The notes under the pieces: model-generated
The model's database searches: none
What the model saw: the letters and a program-made list of their open reading frames with translations, nothing else
Told to the model about the DNA's origin: nothing
NCBI GenBank assembly: GCA_035249465.1
Contig: DATFGL010000028.1
Coordinates: 1-44,654 of the forward strand
Source of the DNA: Rhodanobacteraceae bacterium
GTDB lineage: Bacteria; Pseudomonadota; Gammaproteobacteria; Xanthomonadales; Rhodanobacteraceae
Direction: 5' to 3'
DNA length: 44,654 nucleotides
Part shown: piece by piece, positions 1-10,414 of the stretch
Position numbering within the stretch: position 1 is the first letter of the stretch
Layout of the letters: each line of letters starts with the position of its first letter
Position numbers and translations under genes: made by a program

Positions 1-531
1 CTCGCCCGCTTCGATCTGCTCTCCGCCGGCAAGCAGCACGGGAAAGCGCGCGTGGTCGGCGACCAACGTCACGTCGTAGCGCGCCAAAACGTCGGGGCGG
101 TCGGGGAAAAACGTGATGCGGCGAAAACCCTGTGCTTCGCATTGCGTCAGCAGAAAGCCGCGTTCGCGCGAACCGGAAACGTACAGCCCGGACAACTGGC
201 TGTTGCGTGCGGGGTTCATGCGCGCGTCGAGCTCCAGCACGCTGCCGTCGCGCGCGTCCATGATGACAAGGCCGGATGCGTCGAGCCGGTAATCGTCTGT
301 TGTCAGCGTGCGGCCGTCCAGCCGCGCGGCGACGAGTTCTAGGTCCTCGCCGTCGAGCCGCAACGGCTCGGCGCGATCGCGCGCCAGTGCGAGCCTCGAA
401 TGCACCCGCGTTTCACCGATGTCGAGCTCGAACTTCAACTCGACATGGGTGACCCGCCATGCGGGCGGCCGGTAGTCGGCGAGGCGGATGGTCTTTGCGG
501 CCGGGGTTGCGGCGGGGGTCTGGGTGTCCAT
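1..531 (-). CDS. pepN: Aminopeptidase N, N-terminal 177 codons (gene runs off the left edge)
   Basis: The minus strand is open from ATG at 531 to the window edge. This is my own translation; the ORF is absent from the track because no stop lies in the window. It reads [37 protein letters not shown]...[12 protein letters not shown]...[30 protein letters not shown], collinear with the E. coli PepN N-terminus ([24 protein letters not shown]). Confidence 0.85.
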   Translation of the reverse strand, partial: [177 protein letters not shown]

Positions 532-606
532 CCCGTCATTTTATCAGCCACGCCTTGCGCATCAGTGTCAAAATAAACAGCTGCCCGCCCTGACGACGCC
601 AAGCCC

Positions 607-1569
607 ATGGCCGGATTCCAAGCCCCGTCCCTTCATGACATACGCAGCGCTGCCGCGCGCATCGCGCCGCACGCGCGTACGACACCGGTGCTGCGTGCGC
701 CCGAACTGGACGCACGTGCCGCCGCGAGTTTATTCTTCAAGTGCGAACACCTGCAGTTGGGCGGCGCGTTCAAGTTCCGCGGCGCCTGCAACGCGGTGTG
801 GTCGCTCGGGGACGAGGAAGCCAGGCGTGGCGTGGTGACGCACTCGTCCGGCAACCATGGTGCGGCGCTGGCGCTGGCGGCGCAAACGCGCAAGATTCCC
901 GCGCACATCGTCGTACCCGAAGGCGCCGTCGCGGCCAAGCTCGCCAACATCGAACGCGCCGGCGGCATCCTGCATCGCTGTGCACCGACCCAGGCCGCGC
1001 GCGAGGAAGCCTGCGCCAGGGTGCAGCACGAAACCGGCGCGACGCTGGTGCACCCTTATGCCGACGCGCGCGTGATGGCGGGTCAGGGCACGATCGTCCT
1101 GGAATTGTTGCAACAAGTTCCCGATCTTGACGCGATGGTCGTTCCGATCGGTGGTGGCGGGCTGGCTTCCGGCTGTGCCATTGCCTTGCACGCACTCAAG
1201 CCGGATGCGCGATTGTTCGGTGCCGAGCCCGCCGGCGCGGATGATGCGTTCCGTTCCCTGCAACGCGGCGAACGCGTCACCAACGTCGTGCCGCACACGA
1301 TCTGCGACGGCTTGCGCGCGACCATCGGTGAGCCGAACTTCGCGATTCTGGGTGCGCATCGCGTCGAAGTCATCAGCGTGGATGACGACGCCACGCTTGT
1401 GGCGATGCGGCTGGTATGGGCCGAGTTGAAGCAGACGGTCGAGCCTTCATCGGCGGTCGTGCTGGCGGCATTGCTGGCGCAGCGTGAACGCTTCGCCGGT
1501 CAGCGCGTCGGGCTGGTGTTGAGTGGTGGCAACGTCGATCTGGACGCTGTCCCTTTTATTCGACGGTGA
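607..1569 (+). CDS. Fold-type II PLP enzyme, threonine/serine dehydratase or serine-racemase-like
   Basis: 320-aa ORF with FKFRGA (PLP lysine), SSGNHG and a GGGGL glycine loop. The substrate cannot be called from sequence alone. Confidence 0.85.
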   Translation: MAGFQAPSLHDIRSAAARIAPHARTTPVLRAPELDARAAASLFFKCEHLQLGGAFKFRGACNAVWSLGDEEARRGVVTHSSGNHGAALALAAQTRKIPAHIVVPEGAVAAKLANIERAGGILHRCAPTQAAREEACARVQHETGATLVHPYADARVMAGQGTIVLELLQQVPDLDAMVVPIGGGGLASGCAIALHALKPDARLFGAEPAGADDAFRSLQRGERVTNVVPHTICDGLRATIGEPNFAILGAHRVEVISVDDDATLVAMRLVWAELKQTVEPSSAVVLAALLAQRERFAGQRVGLVLSGGNVDLDAVPFIRR

Positions 1570-3388
1570 CCGACTTGGCGAGGTTGCGCGGCTGGTCCAC
1601 ATCGGTGCCGCGCAGGACCGCGACATGGTACGCGAGCAACTGCATCGGTACGGTGAACACGGCGGGCGCGATGAAGTTGCCACCCGCATCCACTTTCATC
1701 AGATGGCCGCGGTTGCCGTTCAACGACACGTCGGCTTCGTCATCCGCGAACACGTAAAGCTGTCCGCCGCGCGCGCGCACTTCTTCCAGATTCGATTTCA
1801 GTTTTTCCAGCAACTGGTTGTTGGGCGCGACCGCGATCACCGGCATGTCTTCGTCCACCAGCGCCAGCGGGCCGTGCTTCAGCTCGCCCGCGGGGTACGC
1901 CTCGGCATGGATGTACGAAATCTCTTTCAGCTTGAGCGCGCCTTCCATGGCGACCGGGTACTGCGCGCCGCGGCCGAGGAACAGTGCGTGGTGCTTGTCG
2001 ACGAATGATTCGGACAGTTTCGCGATCGCGGGCGCGAGCTTCAGCGCGTCTTCGAGATGGCGCGGCAGGCTGGCCAGTTCGCCCACCAGTTGCGACAGCC
2101 TGGCGGTGTCGACGCCGCGCAGTCTCGCGAGTTCCAGCACCAGCAGCGCCAATGCGCTCAATTGCGTGGTGAACGCCTTGGTGGAAGCGACGCCGATTTC
2201 AGGACCCGCGCGTGTCATCAACGTGAGGTCCGATTCGCGCACCAGGCTCGATTCAGGCACGTTGCAGATCGCGAACGACCCGAGATAGCCGCGCTCGCGA
2301 CCCTCGCGCAACGCCGCCAGCGTGTCGGCGGTTTCGCCCGACTGCGAAATTGCGAGGAACAACGTATCGGGCATCACCACCACGCTGCGGTAGCGGTACT
2401 CGCTGGCGACCTCGACGCTGCACGGGATGCCGGCGATGCCTTCCAGCCAGTAACGCGCGACCATGCCGGCGTGGTAGCTGGTGCCGCAGGCGACGATGTG
2501 CACGTGGCGCACGCGCTTCAGCAAGGTGTCGGCGTCGACACCGAAGATGTTCGGCAGGATGCGGTTGTCGGCGATGCGGCCTTCCAGCGTGTTGGCGACC
2601 GCGCCGGGCTGCTCGAAGATTTCCTTCAGCATGTAGTGACGGAACTGGCCGCGTTCGACCGCATCCATCGACAGATCGCTCTCGCGCACTTTGCGTGTCG
2701 CCGGGCTGCCGTCGGCGGCGACGATCGTGAGTGCGTCCTGCGTGATCTCCACTACATCGCCTTCTTCCAGGTACACGATGCGATTGGTGACCTGGATCAG
2801 CGCCTGCACGTCCGAACCGAGGAAGTGTTCGCCGATGCCGACGCCCACGCACAGCGGGCTGCCGCGGCGTGCGCCGACCACGTGGCCGGGATGCTCGCGA
2901 TGCAGCACCGCGATTGCATATGCGCCGCGCAGGCGCCGGGTGGCGTCACCGACCGCTTCGCGCAGGGACTTGCCCCCGGCCACCAGCCTGTGCACGAGAT
3001 GCGCGATGACTTCGGTGTCGGTATCCGAGGTAAATGAATAGCCGGCGGCCTTCAGCTCTTCGCGCAATTCCGCGTGGTTCTCGATGATGCCGTTGTGGAC
3101 CACCGCGACCGTATCGCGTGAGACGTGCGGGTGCGCGTTGGCTTCGTTGGGCGCGCCGTGGGTGGCCCAGCGGGTGTGCGCGATGCCGGTGCGGCCGTGG
3201 GTAGGCGACGCCTGCCACAGCGCATCCAGCCCGGACACCTTGCCCGGTGCACGCAGGCGGCTCAGCTTTCCTGCGTCCAGCACCGCCAGGCCCGCCGAGT
3301 CGTACCCGCGGTATTCGAGGGCGTGCAGTCCCGCCAGCAGGATGGGAACGACGTCACGCTGGGTGCAGCCGGCAACGATTCCACACAT
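1556..3388 (-). CDS. glmS: Glutamine--fructose-6-phosphate aminotransferase
   Basis: 610 aa starting MCGIVAG (N-terminal nucleophile Cys), followed by two SIS domains and ending NLAKSVTVE. It has a 14-nt convergent overlap with the preceding gene. Confidence 0.97.
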   Translation of the reverse strand: MCGIVAGCTQRDVVPILLAGLHALEYRGYDSAGLAVLDAGKLSRLRAPGKVSGLDALWQASPTHGRTGIAHTRWATHGAPNEANAHPHVSRDTVAVVHNGIIENHAELREELKAAGYSFTSDTDTEVIAHLVHRLVAGGKSLREAVGDATRRLRGAYAIAVLHREHPGHVVGARRGSPLCVGVGIGEHFLGSDVQALIQVTNRIVYLEEGDVVEITQDALTIVAADGSPATRKVRESDLSMDAVERGQFRHYMLKEIFEQPGAVANTLEGRIADNRILPNIFGVDADTLLKRVRHVHIVACGTSYHAGMVARYWLEGIAGIPCSVEVASEYRYRSVVVMPDTLFLAISQSGETADTLAALREGRERGYLGSFAICNVPESSLVRESDLTLMTRAGPEIGVASTKAFTTQLSALALLVLELARLRGVDTARLSQLVGELASLPRHLEDALKLAPAIAKLSESFVDKHHALFLGRGAQYPVAMEGALKLKEISYIHAEAYPAGELKHGPLALVDEDMPVIAVAPNNQLLEKLKSNLEEVRARGGQLYVFADDEADVSLNGNRGHLMKVDAGGNFIAPAVFTVPMQLLAYHVAVLRGTDVDQPRNLAKSVTVE

Positions 3389-3604
3389 GGTTCTGCGCCT
3401 GGCGCGAGGTCAAAAAACGTAAAGATACAGGGGTTTGGGTCCAAAAGGGCGGGGTTTCCGGGCCCATGGACCGGCGGCGGCACGCTTCGTGCAGGACCAT
3501 TCAGTATTCGCCGAAATTTGAACCACGTCACATTTGTAGTATAAAAGCCATCCCCCCGCGGCAGACTGCACCGACGCGAGGTGACAAATACAGGGGGACA
3601 TCCC

Positions 3605-5005
3605 ATGTTCCGGTTGTTTCGACAACGCGCGCTCAGGTGGCAACTGCTGCTTGTGTTGGTCGAGTTCGCCCTGCTGGTGGGTTGTGTCTATGCCGCGGTG
3701 GTACTGCGCTATTGGGATGACTTGGATACCCAGGCGACGTTCGGAAGCGCCCTGCGTTGGCGCGCGCCGCTGGTCGCGGTGGTACTGATTCTGGCGATGA
3801 CGGCCCTGGGCTTGTACCAGGTGCATCTGCGCGCCGGTTGGCTGGGTCGCCTCAGCCGCCAAGGTGTGGCTTTCGTGTTGGGCGGCGTCACGCTGACGGT
3901 GCTTTATTACGCTATCCCCGCCGCGTACATCGGCCGTGGCGTGCTGGGCATCACGCTGGCGCTCGGTTATCTCGTGCTGGCCCTGTGGCGCGTGCTGTTT
4001 CTTGGTTTCGTGGACGCCGACCTGTTCAAGCGGCGAGTGGTGATGCTGGGTGCCGGCGAGCGTGCCGCCGAGGTATTTAGCAAGATGCGCCGCAAGACCG
4101 ACCAGCGCGGTTTCAAGATCCTCGGCTACGTGCCGATCGGGGCGGATCCGGTGACCGTGCCGCAGTCATCGCTGTTGCGTCCCGACGAAGCGTTGTGCCG
4201 ATGGGCCGCCCGGCTCGGTGCAGACGAGATCGTGGTGGGTCCCGATGACCGCCGCGGCACCCTGCCGGTGGATGCGCTGCTGGAATGCAAGCAGCGCGGG
4301 GTGGCGGTGACCGAACTGGCGGAGTTCTTCGAGCGCGAGGCCGGCAAGATCAAGATGGATCTCACCAATCCCTCGTGGCTGGTGTTCTCCGACGGCTTCA
4401 ACATTTCCCCGGTGCGGCGCACCGTCAAGCGCGCCTTCGACGTCGCGATGGCCTCGCTGGTGGGGCTGGTGGCGTGGCCGTTCATGTTGTTGACGACGTT
4501 GGCGATCAGGCTGGAGTCCGGCCGCGGCGCACCGATCCTGTATCGGCAGGAACGGGTTGGCGAAAACGGCAAGCCGTTCCAGGTGGTCAAGTTCCGCAGC
4601 ATGCGCACCGATGCCGAACTCGATGGCGTGGCGCGCTGGGCAACCAAGAACGACGACCGCGTCACCCACGTCGGCCGCTTCATCCGCAAGACCCGGCTGG
4701 ACGAGTTGCCGCAGCTGTGGAACGTGTTGTGCGGTGACATGAGCGTCATCGGGCCGCGTCCGGAACGGCCGCAATTCGTGGACGACTTCAATACTCGCAT
4801 CCGCTACTACTCGTTGCGGCACTGCGTGAAACCAGGCCTGACCGGGTGGGCGCAATTGCGCTATCCGTACGGCTCCTCGTTCGAGGACGCCGTGGAGAAG
4901 CTGAAATTCGACCTGTTCTATGTGAAGAATCACAATTTCGCGTTCGATCTCGCCATCCTGATCCAGACGGTTGAAGTGGTGTTGTTCGGACGCGGCGCGC
5001 GCTGA
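3605..5005 (+). CDS. Initiating polyprenyl-phosphate sugar-1-phosphate transferase (WbaP/EpsB-type bacterial sugar transferase)
   Basis: Track ORF is 3581..5005. I prefer ATG 3605, which has GGGGGA 6 nt upstream. The N-terminus has several hydrophobic helices, followed by ILYRQERVGENGKPFQVVKFRSM, RLDELPQLWNVLCGDMSVIGPRPERP and KPGLTGWAQ. Confidence 0.85.
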   Translation: MFRLFRQRALRWQLLLVLVEFALLVGCVYAAVVLRYWDDLDTQATFGSALRWRAPLVAVVLILAMTALGLYQVHLRAGWLGRLSRQGVAFVLGGVTLTVLYYAIPAAYIGRGVLGITLALGYLVLALWRVLFLGFVDADLFKRRVVMLGAGERAAEVFSKMRRKTDQRGFKILGYVPIGADPVTVPQSSLLRPDEALCRWAARLGADEIVVGPDDRRGTLPVDALLECKQRGVAVTELAEFFEREAGKIKMDLTNPSWLVFSDGFNISPVRRTVKRAFDVAMASLVGLVAWPFMLLTTLAIRLESGRGAPILYRQERVGENGKPFQVVKFRSMRTDAELDGVARWATKNDDRVTHVGRFIRKTRLDELPQLWNVLCGDMSVIGPRPERPQFVDDFNTRIRYYSLRHCVKPGLTGWAQLRYPYGSSFEDAVEKLKFDLFYVKNHNFAFDLAILIQTVEVVLFGRGAR

Positions 5006-5328
5006 TCGACCGTGGGCATGCCGCACGACGCGGTGTGTGGGACACGCTTGTTGCCGGATGCTGCTCGGCATGGCGGGAGGTACCGGTTTTCTGGTGCTGT
5101 GCGAGGGGCTGGGCCTGGCGCCAGGCATCACGACCTGATGCTTTCAAGCAGGCCCAGCGCGGGTGGCGTGCGCAGTTGCGTCCCGACCGCCAGACGCTCG
5201 GCCATGCCGACACCGATCGGTTGCAGCGCCCCAACCGGCCGTACGGCGCGGCACTTGCATTCGCGATCCGGGGTTTCAGGGTCGTCGCGCGCTGAAGGGC
5301 TACGGGCGTAGCGGCCGCGGTCGAAAGT

Positions 5329-7743
5329 TCAGAACGGCAACTGCAGCGTGTCGTCGCACGCCAGTATTTGCGCGCGGAAGGTGTCCTGGATGCGCGTCAG
5401 CGCGGCCGCGTTGTCGGCGTCGAAGCGCAGTACCAGCACCGGCGTGGTGTTGGAGGCGCGCACCAGACCCCAGCCGTCGGACCAATCCGCGCGCAGGCCG
5501 TCGATGGTGGTGATGCGTGCGCCGTCGAACTGCGCGCGTTCGCGGAAACGCGAAATGAAGGGATGGTTCTGGCCTTCCTGCATCTGGATATGCAGTTCAG
5601 GCGTCGACACGCCTTTCGGCAGTGTCGCGAAGATTTCCTCGGGCGTGCGGCCTTCCGGATCGTCGGCGAGGATTTCCAGCAGGCGCGCGGCGGCGTACAC
5701 GCCGTCGTCGAAGCCGTACCAGCGCTCGCGGAAGAAGAAATGCCCGCTCATTTCGCCGGCGAGCTGCGCGCCGGTTTCCTTCATCTTGGCCTTGATCAGC
5801 GAATGCCCGGTCTTCCACATCAGGGGACTGCCGCCCGCTTTCAGGATCAAGGGCTGCAGGTGTCCGGTGCATTTGACGTCGTACAGGATCGTTGCGCCGG
5901 GATTGCGAATGAGCACGTCCTGCGCGAACAACATAAGCACGCGATCGGGATAGATGATTTCGCCATCCTTGGTCACCACCCCGAGACGGTCACCGTCGCC
6001 GTCGAACGCGAGGCCGACATCGGCGCCGGTCTTCTTGACCGTCAGGATCAGGTCGGCCAGGTTCTTGGGTTCCGAAGGATCGGGATGATGGTTCGGGAAG
6101 TTGCCGTCCACGTCGCAGTACAGCGGAACGGGTTCGCAGCCGATCGCGTGCACCACGCCGGGCGCGGTGTTGCCGGCGATGCCATTGCCGCAATCGACGA
6201 CCACCTTCAGCGCGCGCCCGGTCTGGATGTCCGACGCGATGCGCTCGATGTATTCGCCGGTGATGTCGTACTGGCGCAACGATCCGTGGCCCTCTGCGAT
6301 GCGGCCATCCACGATGCGTTGGTACAGGTCCTGGATCGCATCTTCGGCCAGCGTTTCGCCGCCGATCACGATCTTGAAACCGTTGTAGTCGGGCGGGTTG
6401 TGGCTGCCGGTCACCGACACGCACGAACCGGTGTTGAGCTGGTAGGCGGCGAAATAACTGACCGGCGTCGGCACCGCGCCGATGTCGACCACGTCCACGC
6501 CGGCGGAGCGCAGGCCTTCGATCAACGCGCCGGACAACATTGGCCCGGACAACCGCCCGTCGCGCCCGACCACGATTTCCGAAAGCTCCTTGTCGCGCAC
6601 CGCGCTGCCGATCGCGCGCCCGAGTTGGCGCGCGACGCCTTCGGTGAGCGTCTTGCCGACCACGCCGCGGATGTCGTAGGCGCGGAAGATGCTGTGGTCG
6701 GGAATGGGATCGTCGTGCGCGGAATCTCCGGCGGTCGTCGCGGCTTCCGCTGCGGGTTCCACGGCGGGGGCGGGTTTGGGTTTCGGGGGCGCGGCGGCGA
6801 TCACGTCGGCCAGCGCGGGTTCTTCCACCAGCGGTGCGCCACCGAGGCGGGCGCGCACGCGCGGACGCAGCCACAACACGCCGGAGCCGAGCAGAAGCGC
6901 CACGATCGCCAGCACCAGCGCCGCGATGAATGATTGGGTGACCGGCAGCCAGAATTCCGGCGGTGCCGAAGCGACGCGATACAGGCTGTGCGCCACCGGC
7001 ACGCCGGGGTCTTCGGCCGTCGACAAACCATCATGGCCCGTGCCAGCCAATACGATGTCGCCGGACTTGTTGCTTTGCCGCAGATCCAGCCGGCCCGCGC
7101 TCACGCGCATGGAGTGCAGCACGATGCGCAGCGCCGAATCCGGAAAATCGACCGTGGCGAACGCCAACGGCTTGCCGTTCGCACCCATGATCGGGCCCGC
7201 GAAACTCATCACGTGCGACACGGGCGACTGCGCAAGGCCGACGTCGTCGTCGCTCAAGCTGGACATCAACTGCGCCGCACGCGCATAACCGAGCCGCGTC
7301 AGGCTGCCATGCAGCACTTCATTCAATTGCGCGCTGTACAGCGTGACGCTGGTGGCGTCCTTGACCTCCGCCTCGATATTTTGCACGGCCGCGGCACGCG
7401 TTTGCGCGTCGTCGTTGGCGGCGAGTTCCGCAACCAGCGCGGGTTGCTCAAGCGCCTTGACGACTTGCGCGCGCCTGTCCGCAACGATCAGCGCAATTTT
7501 TTGCGCGGCATCCTGTTTGGCCTGCACCAGATCCTGCGAGGCACTGCTTTGGCGCCACGTCAGCCAGGCCTGCCAGCCCATGAACAAGCCGAACAGCACC
7601 AACAAGGTGCCCAGCGCGAGGAACAGATCGGCCACGACGGCGGCGATGCCGCGACGCAGGCTGAAGCGTGCGCGCACGGCATGCGCCGCGGCCTGTACCT
7701 GCCGGGTGTTGGACGCCTTGCCAGTGGTCGAATCGTTGTCCAT
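5329..7743 (-). CDS. algC: Phosphomannomutase/phosphoglucomutase with a roughly 350-aa N-terminal membrane-domain extension
   Basis: Track ORF is 5329..7770. ATG 7743 avoids overlap with the dut stop at 7748. The C-terminal roughly 460 aa carry IFRAYDIRG, TGSHNPPDYNGFK (active-site Ser loop), FDGDGDRLG and GEMSGH. The N-terminal part has two hydrophobic helices bracketing a roughly 230-aa domain plus a Pro/Ala/Lys linker, and its third codon positions are strongly G/C (my reading). The coaBC-dut-algC order matches Pseudomonas aeruginosa. Confidence 0.85.
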   Translation of the reverse strand: MDNDSTTGKASNTRQVQAAAHAVRARFSLRRGIAAVVADLFLALGTLLVLFGLFMGWQAWLTWRQSSASQDLVQAKQDAAQKIALIVADRRAQVVKALEQPALVAELAANDDAQTRAAAVQNIEAEVKDATSVTLYSAQLNEVLHGSLTRLGYARAAQLMSSLSDDDVGLAQSPVSHVMSFAGPIMGANGKPLAFATVDFPDSALRIVLHSMRVSAGRLDLRQSNKSGDIVLAGTGHDGLSTAEDPGVPVAHSLYRVASAPPEFWLPVTQSFIAALVLAIVALLLGSGVLWLRPRVRARLGGAPLVEEPALADVIAAAPPKPKPAPAVEPAAEAATTAGDSAHDDPIPDHSIFRAYDIRGVVGKTLTEGVARQLGRAIGSAVRDKELSEIVVGRDGRLSGPMLSGALIEGLRSAGVDVVDIGAVPTPVSYFAAYQLNTGSCVSVTGSHNPPDYNGFKIVIGGETLAEDAIQDLYQRIVDGRIAEGHGSLRQYDITGEYIERIASDIQTGRALKVVVDCGNGIAGNTAPGVVHAIGCEPVPLYCDVDGNFPNHHPDPSEPKNLADLILTVKKTGADVGLAFDGDGDRLGVVTKDGEIIYPDRVLMLFAQDVLIRNPGATILYDVKCTGHLQPLILKAGGSPLMWKTGHSLIKAKMKETGAQLAGEMSGHFFFRERWYGFDDGVYAAARLLEILADDPEGRTPEEIFATLPKGVSTPELHIQMQEGQNHPFISRFRERAQFDGARITTIDGLRADWSDGWGLVRASNTTPVLVLRFDADNAAALTRIQDTFRAQILACDDTLQLPF

Positions 7744-7747
7744 GTGG

Positions 7748-8221
7748 CTACACGACCCCTGTCGAGCCAAACCCGCCGGCGCCGCGCGCGCTTGCCGCGA
7801 AATCCTCGACTACGCGCCACGCGACACGTGCGACCGGCGTCACCAGCAACTGCGCGATGCGGTCACCCGGCTGGATGGTAAAGGGCTGCCTGCCGCGGTT
7901 CCAGCACGAAATCATCAGCGGTCCCTGGTAGTCGGCGTCGATCAGGCCGGTGAGGTTGCCAAGCACCAGGCCGTGCTTGTGGCCGAGGCCGGAGCGCGGC
8001 AGGATCAACGCACACCAGCCGGGATCGCCGATGTGGATCGCGAGGCCGGTCGGAATCAACACGCTGTCACCCGGCGCAAGCGTGATGGTGTTTTCGGGTG
8101 CCGCGCGCAAATCCATTGCCGCACTTCCATCGGTGGCGTAGGCGGGCAGCGGAATGGAATCGCCCAGCCGTGCGTCGAGCCGTTTCAGCTCCACCGGCAC
8201 CACTTGTTGCGACGGCTTCAT
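7748..8221 (-). CDS. dut: dUTP diphosphatase
   Basis: 157 aa with [23 protein letters not shown] and GLIDADYQG, typical of trimeric dUTPases. Confidence 0.95.
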   Translation of the reverse strand: MKPSQQVVPVELKRLDARLGDSIPLPAYATDGSAAMDLRAAPENTITLAPGDSVLIPTGLAIHIGDPGWCALILPRSGLGHKHGLVLGNLTGLIDADYQGPLMISCWNRGRQPFTIQPGDRIAQLLVTPVARVAWRVVEDFAASARGAGGFGSTGVV

Positions 8222-8892
8222 GCGCGCCGCCGTGCGTGGTAATGGGCGGCTATGCGCGCGACCAGCGCCTTTGCCAGCTCGGATTTCCCGGCCCGTGGCA
8301 GGGTCTCGCTGCCGTCCGTCCAGATCAACTCCAGTGCGTTGTCGTCGGTGCCGATACCGATGTTTTCATCGACACGGTTGGCGGCGAGCAGATCGAGTTT
8401 CTTGCGCACCAGTTTTTCGTGCGCGTGTTCGGCAACGTGATCGGTTTCAGCGGCGAAGCCCACCACGAACGGGCGCGGATCACGAGCCGCGACTTCGGCC
8501 AAGATGTCGGGGTTCTCGACGAGTTCCAGCACCGGCGCGCCAGCCGGGCCCTTTTTGATCTTGCGGGCGCTGTAATCGGCGACGCGCCAATCGGCCACCG
8601 CGGCGGTGGCGATGAAAATGTCGGCGCCGTCCACCGCGTGCATCACGGCGTCGCGCATCTGTCGTGCGCTGCGCACGTCCACGCGGCGGGCGACGCCGGG
8701 CGGCGTCGGCAACGCGACCGGTCCCGCGATCAGGGTCACTTCGGCACCGGCTTGCACCGCGGCTTCCGCAACGGCGAAACCCATCTTGCCCGAGCTGCGG
8801 TTGCCCAGGAAACGCACCGGGTCGATGTCTTCGTACGTGGGTCCGGCGTCGATCACGGCTTTCACGCCGGCGAGCGCGCCCTCACGCAACAT
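8218..8892 (-). CDS. coaB: Phosphopantothenate--cysteine ligase half (CoaB) of coaBC, in a different frame from the CoaC half
   Basis: From ATG 8892 it reads [42 protein letters not shown]..., collinear with E. coli Dfp residues after about 185. The track shows this frame open back to 9015. Confidence 0.8.
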   Translation of the reverse strand: MLREGALAGVKAVIDAGPTYEDIDPVRFLGNRSSGKMGFAVAEAAVQAGAEVTLIAGPVALPTPPGVARRVDVRSARQMRDAVMHAVDGADIFIATAAVADWRVADYSARKIKKGPAGAPVLELVENPDILAEVAARDPRPFVVGFAAETDHVAEHAHEKLVRKKLDLLAANRVDENIGIGTDDNALELIWTDGSETLPRAGKSELAKALVARIAAHYHARRRA

Positions 8893-9457
8893 GCGTGCCG
8901 CCCGGAGTCGCCAGCGCCTGCACCAGCTGCTGCGGTTCCAGCATCCGGCCCGGCCCGGATTCACCTTCCGCGAGCGGTCCGTTTGCGGGACCCAGGATCG
9001 CGACGCCGCGCGCACGCAGGGTCGCGACGTTGGCCTGCGTGGCCGGGTGCAACCACATCCGGTGGTTCATGGCCGGCGCCACCGCCAGCGGCGCGGTGGT
9101 GGCAAGGCACAACGTGGACAACAGGTCACCGGCGAAACCGTGCGCGAGTTTGGCCAGCGTGTCGGCGGAAGCCGGCGCGACCAGCACCGCATCGGCCCAG
9201 CGCGCGAGTTCCAGGTGCCCCATGCCCATTTCGGCCTCGGCGTCCCACAGCCCATTCGGCACCGGCTGGCCCGAAAGCGCCTGAAACGTGAGCGGTGTGA
9301 CGAAGCGCGCGGCGTTTTCGGTCAACACCACGCGCACCTCCGCGCCCGCATCGCGCAGGCGGCGCACGACCTCGCACGCCTTGTAGGCTGCGATGCCGCC
9401 CGAAACGCCGAGCAGGACATGCCTATGTTCGCCGGGACGATGTTGCGTGGCACTCAT
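8882..9457 (-). CDS. coaC: Phosphopantothenoylcysteine decarboxylase half (CoaC) of coaBC
   Basis: 191 aa with [29 protein letters not shown] and GPGRMLEP. It ends at TGA (8882-8884), the point where fused Dfp proteins continue into CoaB. Confidence 0.8.
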   Translation of the reverse strand: MSATQHRPGEHRHVLLGVSGGIAAYKACEVVRRLRDAGAEVRVVLTENAARFVTPLTFQALSGQPVPNGLWDAEAEMGMGHLELARWADAVLVAPASADTLAKLAHGFAGDLLSTLCLATTAPLAVAPAMNHRMWLHPATQANVATLRARGVAILGPANGPLAEGESGPGRMLEPQQLVQALATPGGTHVA

Positions 9458-9573
9458 GTCGGCATCCGCTGACAGGCAAACCGACGATTAGCTTACCCGA
9501 ATCGCGCAATCGCGCTGCTGCATCTGTTGCCGCGGGGCCGGCATGCTGGAAGCCGGTTACGAGGGGCAGGACG

Positions 9574-10239
9574 ATGAGCATCCGTGATTGGCCCGAGGGT
9601 GAACGCCCACGCGAAAAACTGCTGGCTCGCGGTGCCGCCGCGCTGACGCCGGCGGAGTTGCTGGCGATCCTGTTGGGCAGTGGCGTGCGCGGGGTCAGTG
9701 CGGTCGACATGGGACGCGATTTGCTCGCGCGTGCCGGAGGCCTGAACGCATTGCTCGTGCGTGACCTGGCCGGCGTGCCGGGGCTGGGCCCGGCCAAACG
9801 CGCGCGTCTGGCCGCGGCGCTGGAGTTGGCGCGGCGTTGCCTAGGCGAAGAGTTGGCCGGGCGCACCGCGTTGACGAGCCCGCGTGACAGCGCCGCGTTC
9901 CTGAAAGCGCAGCTCGCGCACAAACCGTACGAGGTCTTCGCCTGCCTGTTCCTCGACAATCGCCATCGCGTGCTGGCTTTTGAAGAACTGTTCCGCGGCA
10001 CGCTGGACGGCGCATCGGTGCATCCGCGCGAGGTCGTGCGCGCATCGCTCAAGCACAACGCGGCGGCGGTGATCCTCGCCCACAACCACCCATCGGGTGT
10101 CGCCGAGCCTTCGGCGGCCGACCGCAACATCACCCGGCAGCTGCGCGATGCACTGCAACTGGTCGGCGTGCGGGTGCTGGATCATCTGGTGGTCGGTACG
10201 GGCGAGCCGACGTCGATGGCCGCGCGCGGATTGATTTGA
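9574..10239 (+). CDS. radC: RadC-family JAB-domain protein
   Basis: 221 aa with an N-terminal HhH-like [12 protein letters not shown] and the C-terminal JAB motif HNHPSG. Confidence 0.9.
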   Translation: MSIRDWPEGERPREKLLARGAAALTPAELLAILLGSGVRGVSAVDMGRDLLARAGGLNALLVRDLAGVPGLGPAKRARLAAALELARRCLGEELAGRTALTSPRDSAAFLKAQLAHKPYEVFACLFLDNRHRVLAFEELFRGTLDGASVHPREVVRASLKHNAAAVILAHNHPSGVAEPSAADRNITRQLRDALQLVGVRVLDHLVVGTGEPTSMAARGLI

Positions 10240-10272
10240 TCAGCAGCGGAGCCGCGCCTTGCCTGCGGTCAG

Positions 10273-10281
10273 TTATGCACA
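10273..10281 (+). promoter_or_regulatory. Perfect DnaA-box consensus match TTATGCACA
   Basis: Read directly. It matches TTATNCACA and lies in the radC-argS spacer. Confidence 0.5.
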
Positions 10282-10321
10282 GCGCCGGATCACAAGCCTT
10301 TGGGGGCATCTTTTCGTGTGC

Positions 10322-10370
10322 TTTCATCAAAACATATATATGTCATTGAATATGAAATTTATTTTTGTCT
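10322..10370. other. Sharply AT-rich stretch with the palindrome ACATATATATGT (10332-10343)
   Basis: The sequence is tttcatcaaaacatatatatgtcattgaatatgaaatttatttttgtct, embedded in otherwise GC-rich DNA. It could be a DUE-like element or a promoter UP element. Confidence 0.6.
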
Positions 10371-10394
10371 GACTCGTGGCAAAACACCGATACT
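10365..10394 (+). promoter_or_regulatory. Candidate sigma70 promoter for argS (TTGTCT-N18-GATACT)
   Basis: Hexamers read directly. It sits about 120 nt upstream of the argS GTG. No experimental support. Confidence 0.35.
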
Positions 10395-10414
10395 ATCGTC
10401 GCTCCGCACGCAAA

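Noticed and set aside
1556-1569. 14-nt overlap of the convergent dehydratase and glmS 3' ends
   Set aside because: Short convergent overlaps are common in compact GC-rich genomes. Nothing further is supported.
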